DNA of 54,673 nucleotides from a virus. Its lineage: Duplodnaviria > Caudoviricetes. Shown one piece after another: positions 37,737 to 47,600 of this stretch. Within the stretch, counting starts at the first letter, position 1. Each line of letters opens with the position of its first letter. The translations under genes and the position numbers were made by a program. The notes below the pieces were generated by a model. That model was not told where the DNA came from. It was given only the letters and a program-made list of their open reading frames with translations, and did no database searches. Location of the stretch: IMG/VR virus record IMGVR_UViG_3300020160_003718, positions 1-54,673 of that record. One strand, 5' to 3'.

Positions 37737-38657
37737 ATGAAAATTTGCTTTATAGCTCCAGGAGAGATCAGCGTTCCACCATCTGGATGGGGGGCTCTTG
37801 AAACCGTAATATGGAATCAGTATTCTGTTTTTAAAAAAAATGGTTACGATGTTTTTATTGTTAACGAGCTGGACTCTCAATTAACTTTAGATAAAATTAA
37901 TGAGATAAATCCAGATATAGCCCATCTCCATTATGGATCCCATTACGAAATAATGCCATATATAAAATGTAGAAAAATTATAACCAATCATGATGGAAGT
38001 TTTTTATCTTCAAAAAATTTTCACGAATCAGTCGTAAGAAACTTTTTATATGATTGTGAGTTTTTTATTCTCACCACATGGGAGAGGGAGTTTCTTTTAA
38101 AAATTGGAATCTCTCCACGAAAAGTCAAAATATTACCAAACGGGGTAGATTTTGGCAGTTTTAATTTTAAAATAAAGCCAAAATTTCCAAATTCAAGTAT
38201 TTGCTTGGGGAAAATAGATAGAAGAAAAAATCAAGCATTTCTTCAGTCACTAGACCGTGGCATTTATTTTGTTGGTCAAAATACCATTCCTGAATTCAAT
38301 CCGCTAGATGATAAATATCTTGGCTCATGGAGCAGGGATCAGGTATATGAAAATTTGACAGACTACACTAATTTAGTTTTAATTTCAGATTTAGAACTTC
38401 AACCGCTAGTATGTCTTGAGGCATTGAGCGCAGGCTTGGGCTTGGTAGTATCAGAAGCAGCCTCCCAAAATTTAGACGTATCTCTGCCTTTTATTACGGT
38501 AATAAAACAGGATTCAATACACGATGCAGGAATAGTTTCCTCGTCAATATCCGATAATCGAAATACTTGTAATAACATTGGTCGTGAAAAAATTAGAGAA
38601 TACGCTGAACAATTTGACTGGGGAAATATCATAAAAAAATACACAAATTACTTATGA
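37737..38657 (+). CDS. GT-B (GT4-like) glycosyltransferase
   Basis: Start reassigned to MKICFIAPG...PP.GWGALE. Also PNGVD, LGKIDRRKNQ and ELQPLVCLEALSAG. Confidence 0.85.
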   Translation: MKICFIAPGEISVPPSGWGALETVIWNQYSVFKKNGYDVFIVNELDSQLTLDKINEINPDIAHLHYGSHYEIMPYIKCRKIITNHDGSFLSSKNFHESVVRNFLYDCEFFILTTWEREFLLKIGISPRKVKILPNGVDFGSFNFKIKPKFPNSSICLGKIDRRKNQAFLQSLDRGIYFVGQNTIPEFNPLDDKYLGSWSRDQVYENLTDYTNLVLISDLELQPLVCLEALSAGLGLVVSEAASQNLDVSLPFITVIKQDSIHDAGIVSSSISDNRNTCNNIGREKIREYAEQFDWGNIIKKYTNYL

Positions 38658-39328
38658 AAATTCAAGCAATATTATTTATGTGTAATGACTTTGCAAGAGC
38701 AAAGTTCACATTAGAAAATTTTAACAAGTGGAATCCAGAAGTCCCCATTAGAGTAATTAATTCCGGCGGTGATTGCCCTAAACCGTACCTGGAACACATA
38801 TCAAATATTGAATTCATCAACGCTCCTAATTTATGGCACAAAAAAACCTTATGCGGCATTGGATCATTTGGTCCTCAATATTATGACTATCTTTTTGATT
38901 TTGGTTTAAATGAAAATTTTTCCCATACTCTGTTTTTGGAAACAGACGTCCTCACGAATAGAAAAATTACAATTGAGCCTGAATATGATATTAGTGGACC
39001 CAATAATCCATGCGGCTCAAACGAACACATTTTATATGATTATTTGAATATTCCAGGCAGCAGAATACATACCGGCTGCGGGGGCACGATGTTCAGTTTA
39101 AATTATTTCAAAACATTAAAAAATAAAGACTATGGGTTTTTTCAAGAAATATTTGAAAAATTTCCTCAAAATTATTTTATGGATCTTATTTCTACCTTGG
39201 CGGCAAGAAAGAATGAATTATCATTCGGTCACTGGGAAGAAGTTTCAAACGTTCCAATCCATGTAGTAGATGGAAGCTTTGTCTCAGTCAACTATGACGC
39301 AACTTTAGTACATAATTATAAAATATGA
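38654..39328 (+). CDS. Putative GT-A glycosyltransferase
   Basis: LFLETDVL (ExD), GCGGTMFS and C-terminal VH.YK; overlaps both neighbours by 4 nt. Confidence 0.55.
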   Translation: MKIQAILFMCNDFARAKFTLENFNKWNPEVPIRVINSGGDCPKPYLEHISNIEFINAPNLWHKKTLCGIGSFGPQYYDYLFDFGLNENFSHTLFLETDVLTNRKITIEPEYDISGPNNPCGSNEHILYDYLNIPGSRIHTGCGGTMFSLNYFKTLKNKDYGFFQEIFEKFPQNYFMDLISTLAARKNELSFGHWEEVSNVPIHVVDGSFVSVNYDATLVHNYKI

Positions 39329-39873
39329 AAAAAAAATTACAAACAAGTTATGAAAAATTTAAAGGACCGTGTGGCGATGGAGACAAGGGAACCTTCCATT
39401 CTTATATAGATATATACAATGATATTTTTTCTCAATTCCAAGACGCGGAATTTAATTTTCTTGAAATAGGGATATTGAATGGCAAGAGCGTACATTTATG
39501 GAACGATTATTTTGAAAAAGCTAATATTTTTGCAGTTGATATAAATAATAAAGATCACTTAAATTTACAAAATTCAAGAACGTTTATTTTTCACGATGAT
39601 GCAACCAAGTCCACTTTTTTAGAAAAAATAAAAAATAAAAAATTTAAAATCATTATTGACGATGGATCTCACCAATTGAACGATCAAATATCTTCATTTT
39701 ATCTTTTAAAAGATTTTATTGAAGATGGCGGCATATATATTATAGAAGACGTATTTCCCTCTCATGTAGATCCAATTCAAAATAAATTTGAAAACTGTTT
39801 TAAGACTTTAAATTTAATTCATGAAAGACCTGATTGTCCAGATAATATATTAATGATATATGAAAAAAAGTGA
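39325..39873 (+). CDS. Class I SAM-dependent (sugar O-) methyltransferase
   Basis: DKGTFHSY, LEIGI..GKS, IIIDDGSH and GGIYIIED. Confidence 0.85.
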   Translation: MKKKLQTSYEKFKGPCGDGDKGTFHSYIDIYNDIFSQFQDAEFNFLEIGILNGKSVHLWNDYFEKANIFAVDINNKDHLNLQNSRTFIFHDDATKSTFLEKIKNKKFKIIIDDGSHQLNDQISSFYLLKDFIEDGGIYIIEDVFPSHVDPIQNKFENCFKTLNLIHERPDCPDNILMIYEKK

Positions 39874-40681
39874 GTCTTATCTCTTTTTATGTTTTGGCAG
39901 ATCTTATATTTTAGACTGCCAGGATACAATTAAGACATTACGCTCTTGCGGCGATTCAAGATCAATAAATATTGTTACATTACCCGAGGATTACTTGTTT
40001 GCAAAAACGCTTGATATTTTCAATGAAATCTACACCTTTGACATAAAAAATCATAAATTATTTGATTTCTGCAAAACTAATTTTGAGAAATTCTGTCTTT
40101 TGCCAAGACTTGAGCTGTACAAGTTTTTAAACACGGATTATACAATAGTATTAGACACTGACATATTATGCTCACATAATGCTGACGAAGCTTGGAATTT
40201 TTTAATCAATAAAAATCAAGATCTAATAATGCTTGGCTCAAAAAATAATCCTTCATGGCACTGGGGATATTGGGGCGAAATTTGTTCTAAAATTAATATA
40301 AAGCCGCAAGAAACGCATGGCGGACTTTTTTTCTTAAAGAAAACAGATAATCTAGAAAAAATTTTTAACGATGCTAAAAAATGTTTTTTAAACTATGACA
40401 ACCTCGGAATGCTGAGATTTTATCAAAATGGCGCTGTGGACGAGCCATGTTTTTCTTACGCTTTTTCAAAGAATAATTTACAGCCAGTTGAGTTTTCAGA
40501 ATTTCCAATCATGACATTCAATTTAGGTTCAGAGGACGAAATTCCAACAAAAAAAATGACTGAAGAAAGACAGGCAAGCATAATGGAAGACTATATCCCA
40601 TTTATTCACATGTTTGAAAAAAATCATGGTAAAAACTTTTTAACAATAAAAGAAAAAATTATTCAAAATGCAAAAAATTAA
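39860..40681 (+). CDS. Putative GT-A (GT8-like) glycosyltransferase
   Basis: VLDTDIL (DxD), HGGLFF, DEPCFS and FIH motifs. Confidence 0.65.
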   Translation: MKKSESYLFLCFGRSYILDCQDTIKTLRSCGDSRSINIVTLPEDYLFAKTLDIFNEIYTFDIKNHKLFDFCKTNFEKFCLLPRLELYKFLNTDYTIVLDTDILCSHNADEAWNFLINKNQDLIMLGSKNNPSWHWGYWGEICSKINIKPQETHGGLFFLKKTDNLEKIFNDAKKCFLNYDNLGMLRFYQNGAVDEPCFSYAFSKNNLQPVEFSEFPIMTFNLGSEDEIPTKKMTEERQASIMEDYIPFIHMFEKNHGKNFLTIKEKIIQNAKN

Positions 40682-41660
40682 AATAGTGGGCTGCGGCTTA
40701 TCTGGCGCAACGGCGGCAAGAATTCTAAAGGATCGAGGCTATGATGTGACAGTCTTTGAAACAAGAAATCACATAGGCGGCAATTGTTATGATTCTAATG
40801 TTTGCGGAACCTTAATGCACAATTATGGACCGCATATATTTCACACTGACGATGAAGAAGTTTTTGAATTTTTAAGCAGATTCACTGAATGGATCAATTT
40901 TGAATTAAGACCAGTTGGAAACACTGTATTGGGAAAAATACCATTGCCATATCATGATACGGGTTGCGAAAAAGCCATTGGTAAAAAATTTACACAAGAA
41001 GATGTAATTAATTATATTTTCAAAGATTACTCAGAAAAGCAGTGGGGGGTTGAATTTGAAACTATTCCAAAAACAATCACCAATCGAATTCCGAAAACCA
41101 AAGACTGCGAAAACCCAACCTGGTTCGAGGGACAAAAATATCAATGTATTCCCAAACTCGGCTATACAAAAATGTTTGAAAAAATGCTGAGCGGAATAGA
41201 AGTAAAATTAAACTGTGGCGAAGATGAATGGAAAAACTCAGAATCTGATTTGATTATTTATACTGGACCAATTGATAAGTATTTTAATTATCATTATGGT
41301 AAGCTTCCATACAGATCCCTAAATTTCGAGCATACAACAACTTCTAAAAAAATGCCATTCTTTATTCAAAATGAAAATAATCGGATGGTAGAATACACTA
41401 GAATGTATGATCATAGTTTTTTTTCAGAAAATCACAAAGGATTAACTATAATAACTAAAGAATACCCTAAAAAATTTGAAGATGGAGACATTCCATATTA
41501 TCCAATACCATGGGGAGATTCACAAGAAACATATGAAAAATATAAAAAACTTGCAGAAAAAGAAAATAATGTTATCTTTTTGGGTAGACTTTCAACTTAT
41601 AAATACTTAGATATGTGGATGGCTGTTAAGCATGTAATGTTAAAATTAAAAAATATATGA
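40668..41660 (+). CDS. glf: UDP-galactopyranose mutase
   Basis: VGCGLSG, R.HIGGNCYD, YGPHIFHT, PYYP and GRL.TYKYLDM. Confidence 0.93.
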   Translation: MQKIKIVGCGLSGATAARILKDRGYDVTVFETRNHIGGNCYDSNVCGTLMHNYGPHIFHTDDEEVFEFLSRFTEWINFELRPVGNTVLGKIPLPYHDTGCEKAIGKKFTQEDVINYIFKDYSEKQWGVEFETIPKTITNRIPKTKDCENPTWFEGQKYQCIPKLGYTKMFEKMLSGIEVKLNCGEDEWKNSESDLIIYTGPIDKYFNYHYGKLPYRSLNFEHTTTSKKMPFFIQNENNRMVEYTRMYDHSFFSENHKGLTIITKEYPKKFEDGDIPYYPIPWGDSQETYEKYKKLAEKENNVIFLGRLSTYKYLDMWMAVKHVMLKLKNI

Positions 41661-42736
41661 AAAAAGTAATTATCACGGGCGTAACCGGAATGGACGGTAG
41701 TCACATGGCTGACTTTTTAATTAATCATACCGACCATTTAATAGTCGCCGGAATAAGAAGGCTAAGCAACGACAATCACAAAAACATAAAGCATCTAAAA
41801 GATAACCCAAGATTTAAACTAATAGATCTAGACATTACTGATTCGTCAAATGTAGAGGCTGTAATAAGAGAAGAGAAGCCAGATTACTTTATTAATTTTG
41901 CCGCCAATTCTTTTGTTGGCAACAGCTGGACAATGCCTATCAATCATATGCAAACTAACTGCATGGCGGTTTTATATCAATTGGAAGCCATCAGAAAGTT
42001 TGCGCCTAATTGCAGATATTATCAGGCTGGCTCAAGTGAAGAATTCGGCGATGTTGTGACGGTTCCACAAGATGAAACTCATCCTATTAGACCAAGAAGT
42101 CCATATGGGGCATCAAAAGCTGCCGCAAGAATGCTTGTTAAGGTATACAGAGAATCTTATAATCTTTACGCAATTCAGGGGTGGCTCTTTAACCACGAAG
42201 GCCTACGCAGAGGGGTCGAATTCGTTACGCGAAAAATCACAAAAGCCGTAGCAAGAATTAAAAATGCAATAGATAATGGCGAAGAATTTGAACCACTTGA
42301 ACTTGGAAATTTAGATTCCAAAAGAGACTGGAGTGACGCTGAAGATTTTGTAGAAGGCATATGGAAAATGATAAATCAAGAAAAATATTGGGGCAGTGCT
42401 ACTTTAAGTATTTTTCCAGAATCAGAATACCCCAAACATATTAAAGAATATGTCCTTTCTTCCAATGAAACTCACACAATCCGCGAATTTGTTGAACTTG
42501 CATTTCAAGCGGCTGGAATTTTCGGCGAATGGATAGGTTCTGGCATCAGCGAAATTTTTAAAGAAAAAGAAAGTGGCAGAATTCTAATGGTGGTCAATGA
42601 AAAATTCTACAGGCCAGCCGAAGTTGATACTTTGCTTGGAGATTCATCGCTAGCAAGGGCAGATTTGGGATGGAAGCCGAAAACCTCTTTCGACCAACTT
42701 GTAAAAAAAATGGTAGAAAATGATTTGAAAAATTAA
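41657..42736 (+). CDS. gmd: GDP-mannose 4,6-dehydratase
   Basis: ITGVTGMDGS, SSEEFG, PRSPYGASK, LFNHE, FVTRKIT, LGNLDSKRDW and RPAEVD.LLGD. Confidence 0.95.
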   Translation: MKKVIITGVTGMDGSHMADFLINHTDHLIVAGIRRLSNDNHKNIKHLKDNPRFKLIDLDITDSSNVEAVIREEKPDYFINFAANSFVGNSWTMPINHMQTNCMAVLYQLEAIRKFAPNCRYYQAGSSEEFGDVVTVPQDETHPIRPRSPYGASKAAARMLVKVYRESYNLYAIQGWLFNHEGLRRGVEFVTRKITKAVARIKNAIDNGEEFEPLELGNLDSKRDWSDAEDFVEGIWKMINQEKYWGSATLSIFPESEYPKHIKEYVLSSNETHTIREFVELAFQAAGIFGEWIGSGISEIFKEKESGRILMVVNEKFYRPAEVDTLLGDSSLARADLGWKPKTSFDQLVKKMVENDLKN

Positions 42737-42743
42737 TTATTAA

Positions 42744-42749
42744 GTGTAA
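42744..42749 (+). promoter_or_regulatory. GTGTAA motif (putative late promoter)
   Basis: GTGTAA, 8 nt, then the ATG at 42758; same spacing as 1839/1853. Confidence 0.55.
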
Positions 42750-42757
42750 TATACTGT

Positions 42758-42934
42758 ATGAGTGGACAAGAAAAATTTGATTCATGCAAGCATAGACCAG
42801 ATGATCAAATAGAAATATTTGACGGTTGCCCCTGCAAAAAAATAAAAAAACTTGTTTATAAATGCGACAAGCGCAATATAGTAGATCTTAGACCAGAAGT
42901 TTGTGAAGGTTGCGACTTATACGAGCAGAAATAG
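42758..42934 (+). CDS. 58-aa Cys-rich small protein (not in the ORF track)
   Basis: MSGQEKFDSCKHRPDDQIEIFDGCPCKKIKKLVYKCDKRNIVDLRPEVCEGCDLYEQK*; fills the gap between gmd and ORF 42977. Confidence 0.75.
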   Translation: MSGQEKFDSCKHRPDDQIEIFDGCPCKKIKKLVYKCDKRNIVDLRPEVCEGCDLYEQK

Positions 42935-42976
42935 CTTGATTTATTTTTAAAAATAATCCAACATGCCCCATTAGGC

Positions 42977-43357
42977 ATGGCTAAGTTCAAATATAAAAAA
43001 GAGTATACTGAAAAAAATTTCAGGTCGGAATTCATAATTTCTTGTCTTCAGGTTGCCCCTTCCCAGCATAGAAATATCGCATGGGCTAAAGAGATGAAGA
43101 TTATGAACGATCTTGTTAAAAAATGCGAAGATCCCGTATTCTGGTTTCATGCTAGAACAGATTTCGCAATACCGTCTCTAGCCTGGTTTTTAACAGAAAG
43201 CGGTAGAAAATACTTAAATGATAAATATCACAAGTTCAAGCTGGAGCTAAAAAACCAACCGCAAATTTTTGAAATTTTAGATGAAAAACAAGGGGAAGAT
43301 CAAGTCCATATTCCCAAAAAAATAAAAACAGTCATGGACTTTATTAAAAAAAAATAA
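42977..43357 (+). CDS. Hypothetical protein
   Basis: 126-aa ORF upstream of the recA-like gene. Confidence 0.7.
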   Translation: MAKFKYKKEYTEKNFRSEFIISCLQVAPSQHRNIAWAKEMKIMNDLVKKCEDPVFWFHARTDFAIPSLAWFLTESGRKYLNDKYHKFKLELKNQPQIFEILDEKQGEDQVHIPKKIKTVMDFIKKK

Positions 43358-43372
43358 TACAGTATTACAAGT

Positions 43373-44455
43373 ATGAAATCAAAAGAACTATTGTCAAGCT
43401 ATCTTAAAAGCAATAAAGACGAACATTATAATTATGTCCAAGATAAAGATTATCTTATCTCTACAGGGAGTTTGATTTTTGATATTGAAGTTGGCGGCGG
43501 ATTGCATCCTTCTATTTTGAGATTTAGTGGCGTCTCAGGTGGTGGCAAAACAAGTTGCAGTCTTTCTATTATGAAAAGCTTTCTCTCTACGGCAAAGGGT
43601 AGAAAAGCTCTATATATAAAAGCTGAGGGTAGGCTTTCTAAAAATGTAGTTGATAGGTCTGGTATTAAATTTGTAGAGGATCCAGAGCAGTGGGAAGACG
43701 GAAGTTGTTTTATATTCAAAACAAATATTTACGAAACCGCCGCCAATCTAATCCATAAGCTCGTTCAAAACAACGAAGAGGAAACCGCTTACTTTTTTGT
43801 CATTGATAGTATGGACGCTCTTATTCCTAAAGGAGACAAAGATAAAACTTTTGAAGACGCGGTAAAAGTCAGCGGCGGCGCAGCGATTTCGTCCCACTTC
43901 TTGAAAAAGATGGCGTTGCCATTTTCAGTTGGCGGACATATATGCGCTATGATTAGCCAAGTTAGAAGTGAGGTCAAAATAAATCAATATGCCAAAACCG
44001 ACCCGCGACTGACAAATGCTTCTGGAGGATCAGCACTACTTCACTATTCTGATTGGATTTTTGAATTCGCTCCAAGATACAAATCTGATTATATTACTGC
44101 AACTATAAACGGAAAAGAGGAGAACATCGGTCATTGGGCTAAAATTACATTTAAAAAATCTACAAACGAGAAGGATGGAAAAGAAATTAGATACCCAATC
44201 AAGCATAGTCAAAACGGCGGCAACTCGGTTTGGGTCGAGTATGAGATTGCTGACCTCATGATCATGTGGGAATTTGCCAAAAAAGCAGGCGCATGGATTA
44301 AAATTGAGCCCTCTTTGGTTGAAGAATTAAAATCAAATAATATTATGTTCCCCGAAACTATTCAGGGAATTGACAATCTTAGACTTGCTCTTTCAAATAA
44401 TGAAGAGGCTACAAAATACCTTTTTAATAAATTTAAAGAAATCTGCATAAGCTAA
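43373..44455 (+). CDS. recA: RecA/UvsX-like recombinase
   Basis: ISTGSL.FD...GGGL, Walker A GVSGGGKT, VIDS, ISQVR and SGGSAL.HYS. Confidence 0.85.
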   Translation: MKSKELLSSYLKSNKDEHYNYVQDKDYLISTGSLIFDIEVGGGLHPSILRFSGVSGGGKTSCSLSIMKSFLSTAKGRKALYIKAEGRLSKNVVDRSGIKFVEDPEQWEDGSCFIFKTNIYETAANLIHKLVQNNEEETAYFFVIDSMDALIPKGDKDKTFEDAVKVSGGAAISSHFLKKMALPFSVGGHICAMISQVRSEVKINQYAKTDPRLTNASGGSALLHYSDWIFEFAPRYKSDYITATINGKEENIGHWAKITFKKSTNEKDGKEIRYPIKHSQNGGNSVWVEYEIADLMIMWEFAKKAGAWIKIEPSLVEELKSNNIMFPETIQGIDNLRLALSNNEEATKYLFNKFKEICIS

Positions 44456-44868
44456 TGATCTTATTAGATATAAGAGGCAGAGAAAGAAAAATATCTGCCT
44501 CAAAATATAGAATAGAATGGGACAAAGAGAGGGCTAGCGTCCCACAGTATAGGGCAAAACAATTTTTGAAAGAATTTTGGATTGGGGACACCGTATGTGA
44601 AGAGTTTATTATTCCTGGAAGTAGACTGCGGATAGATTTAATAAATTTTTCTAAAATGATTGCCGTTGAAGTTTCCGGACAACAGCACGAATCCTTTAGC
44701 AAGTTTTTTCATAAAACTAGAATAGGTTTCATCAAGTCAATAAAAAGAGATTTTCAAAAAATTAAATGGCTTGAGATTAATAATATTAAATTAGTAGAGA
44801 TTTATGATTACGAAACCCTAGGTTTGAATAAAAAAGAAATAGAAAAAAAATTTGATATTACATTATGA
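44455..44868 (+). CDS. Vsr/DUF559-like endonuclease
   Basis: RIDL...AVEVSGQQH...RD.QK..W..IN.IKLVEI. Confidence 0.65.
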   Translation: MILLDIRGRERKISASKYRIEWDKERASVPQYRAKQFLKEFWIGDTVCEEFIIPGSRLRIDLINFSKMIAVEVSGQQHESFSKFFHKTRIGFIKSIKRDFQKIKWLEINNIKLVEIYDYETLGLNKKEIEKKFDITL

Positions 44869-45152
44869 AGGATAAATACAATCACATGTTTGAACTTCCA
44901 GAGTCTATTTTATCCCAAATAGACGAAATGAGCGGGGGCGGATATATTATTTTTATTTTAGACGAAAACAATAGACCCTCAGTATACGAGAGCTTTGATG
45001 GAATTGGTCAAGAATCTCAAGTAAAAGGATTTGCCCTTGATTGGCTTGACGCCGAAAGAGAAGTTAGAAAAGAAAAATTTAAACACGACATTTGGAATGC
45101 ATATAGCGTTCAAAATGAAAACGACGATACAAATGAAGATGAGGAAGAGTAG
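44865..45152 (+). CDS. Hypothetical acidic protein
   Basis: 95-aa coupled ORF. Confidence 0.65.
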   Translation: MKDKYNHMFELPESILSQIDEMSGGGYIIFILDENNRPSVYESFDGIGQESQVKGFALDWLDAEREVRKEKFKHDIWNAYSVQNENDDTNEDEEE

Positions 45153-45190
45153 TTGACATGTTTATAAAAAAACAATACTCTGCATGAGCA

Positions 45191-46693
45191 ATGATTTATT
45201 CACTACCCGTAGAAAAACACGTTATAGCTGGCTGCTTAAAATATCCTAAGCAATTTTTTGAAATCGATATCTTTGTAAGTGAAAAAGACTTTTATCACGA
45301 TGTTCACTCTGTTATTTTCTCTGTTATAAAATCCTCCATCGGTCAAAATGAGGATGTTGATAATGTTCTCATAAGCGAAAAAATTAAAAATTTAGGTATT
45401 ACATTTAAAAATACTGTAAATATCTTTGAATATCTGCAAAGTCTCAGCTTGATCAACCTTTCTGAAAAGGCTCTTATTGAGTCGGCGAAAACGCTCAAAA
45501 CCCTAACTATTCGTAGGGAAATTTTTGAAACGGCTGAAAAACTCAAAAGCAAAATGTCTGCAAAAGAAGAGATGAGTGCAGATCAAATTATTTCTGCTGC
45601 CGATGCCATTTATAATGAAAAAATTAGCGCTTATGATCTTTTCGAAGAACCTGTAAATATTTTTGAAGATGCTCAGTTCCAAATTGAGGAAATTGGAAAC
45701 AATCCAGTAGATGACTCAGGATTCCTGACTCCATTTAGTGATTTTAACAGACTTTATGGCGGACTTAGACCAAAAAATCTTTATGCATTTGTAGCAAGAC
45801 CAAAATCTGGAAAAACTACAATGCTTTGTGATTTGAATTATAAAATTTGTAATAATGTTTATAACGGTCAAGTTTCATGCTTGTATCTTGATACAGAAAT
45901 GGAAACATTGGATGTTCAAAAAAGACTTATTGCGTCAATTTCTGGAATACCATTTTGGTATATCGATACTGGAAACTGGAGAAAAAATCCAGAAATGACT
46001 CAAAAAATTCGACAAACATGGGTCAAAATCAAGAATTTTAAATTTCACCATCTGAAAGTTGGAAATAAAACTACTAGCGAAATACTTTCCATTGCCCGAA
46101 GGTGGTATTATTCTAAAGTTGGAAGGGGCGAAAAAGCAATTATTACTTATGATTATTTGAAAATGACCGGAGAAGGAGTTTCAGAATCTTGGAAAGAATA
46201 TCAAGTAATTGGTGACAAAACAGATAAGCTTAAAAAACTTGGAGAAGAGTTGAATTGCGTAGTATTGACATCTACTCAAATGAATAGAAGTGGAGAAAGT
46301 CAAAACAAGAAAGCTGGTAGCTTCTCAGATGACTCTTCTGCGATTGCTCTCTCAGATCGACTGCAATGGTTCGCTTCTTATGTTGGCATCTTTCGTAGAA
46401 AGACAATTGAGGAAATCGCTGAAGATGGAGAAGACTGGGGTACTCATAAACTTGTTACTACAGCAAGCCGCTTCCAGGGTAAGGAAGCCGCTGGACATGT
46501 CGATTTAGTAGAAAGAAATATAGACGGAGAAAAAAGATTTGTTAGCAACTACATATCTTTTGATGTTAAAAACTTCAATGTTGAAGAAAAGGGAAGCCTT
46601 GACTCGCTCGTGAAAAAAGGCGGATTAAAATATCAAATTTTTGATAAAAATGGAAAAGCCGTTGACAAAAACGAAAATGACGACCTCTTATAA
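45191..46693 (+). CDS. dnaB: Replicative DnaB-like helicase
   Basis: N-terminal E..VI...DFY...H..IF domain, ARPKSGKT, DTEM, DYLK and QMNR. Confidence 0.92.
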   Translation: MIYSLPVEKHVIAGCLKYPKQFFEIDIFVSEKDFYHDVHSVIFSVIKSSIGQNEDVDNVLISEKIKNLGITFKNTVNIFEYLQSLSLINLSEKALIESAKTLKTLTIRREIFETAEKLKSKMSAKEEMSADQIISAADAIYNEKISAYDLFEEPVNIFEDAQFQIEEIGNNPVDDSGFLTPFSDFNRLYGGLRPKNLYAFVARPKSGKTTMLCDLNYKICNNVYNGQVSCLYLDTEMETLDVQKRLIASISGIPFWYIDTGNWRKNPEMTQKIRQTWVKIKNFKFHHLKVGNKTTSEILSIARRWYYSKVGRGEKAIITYDYLKMTGEGVSESWKEYQVIGDKTDKLKKLGEELNCVVLTSTQMNRSGESQNKKAGSFSDDSSAIALSDRLQWFASYVGIFRRKTIEEIAEDGEDWGTHKLVTTASRFQGKEAAGHVDLVERNIDGEKRFVSNYISFDVKNFNVEEKGSLDSLVKKGGLKYQIFDKNGKAVDKNENDDLL

Positions 46694-47600
46694 TCAAGAA
46701 GACGTAAAGCAAATACTGGAGCAGTTAGGATATAAACTAAATGATAGAGGTAGAGAATGGAGATCCAAGCCCCTCTATAGAGACTCTGGAAATGACACCT
46801 CTTTAAAAATTAATAAAAAAGATGGTAGATGGATTGATTTTGCAAGAAATGAGTTTGGAAATATTGAACAGCTTATAGAAAAAACTCTCGGTATTAATTT
46901 CATTGCTGCAAAAAAATGGATAAAAAAGAACGGAATAGAACTTACAAACTCAACAGAAAATAAGGAGGAAATAAATTTGGACTATATAAAATTCTTTGAT
47001 CCAGAGTTGCTAAAGAAGCTTGTTAAAAATTATAAATATTGGAACGACAGGGGGATAAAAAGCGAAACGCTTGATTACTTCGAAGGAGGATCGTGCTCTA
47101 CTGGTAAAATGGCGGGCAGATATGTTTTTCCTATTTTCGATGAGGATAAAAAAATAAGAGGTTTTGCCGGAAGATCAGTATATTCCAATAATGATATAAA
47201 ATGGAAACTAATAGGCAAAAGAAGCGACTGGAATTATCCGCTCTTCCTGACTAAAGAATACATCGAGAAGGAAAATGAGTGTATCATTGTTGAAAGTATT
47301 GGCGACGCGCTGAGTCTATGGCAAGCAGGTATTAAAAATTTTATTATTTCATTTGGATTAAATTCGCTGGAACATATTTGCTATACTTTAGTAAAATTGG
47401 ATCCAGCTAAAATTATAATAGCATTCAATAACGACGTGGTTGACAATAAAAAAACAGGAGCAGGAAATATTGCCGCTGTAAATTTTAAAAAAAACTTAGA
47501 GACTTTCTTTTCAAAAGATCAGATAATGATTAAGCTTCCAGAATATAATGATTTTGGATCAATGACAGAAGAACAAATAATAAAATGGAAGAACAACTAG
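46677..47600 (+). CDS. dnaG: DnaG-like primase (TOPRIM)
   Basis: GRYVFPI...GFAGR, IIVESIGDAL, IAFNND and LP..NDFG. Start placed at the ATG at 46677 (uncertain). Confidence 0.8.
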   Translation: MTTSYNQEDVKQILEQLGYKLNDRGREWRSKPLYRDSGNDTSLKINKKDGRWIDFARNEFGNIEQLIEKTLGINFIAAKKWIKKNGIELTNSTENKEEINLDYIKFFDPELLKKLVKNYKYWNDRGIKSETLDYFEGGSCSTGKMAGRYVFPIFDEDKKIRGFAGRSVYSNNDIKWKLIGKRSDWNYPLFLTKEYIEKENECIIVESIGDALSLWQAGIKNFIISFGLNSLEHICYTLVKLDPAKIIIAFNNDVVDNKKTGAGNIAAVNFKKNLETFFSKDQIMIKLPEYNDFGSMTEEQIIKWKNN

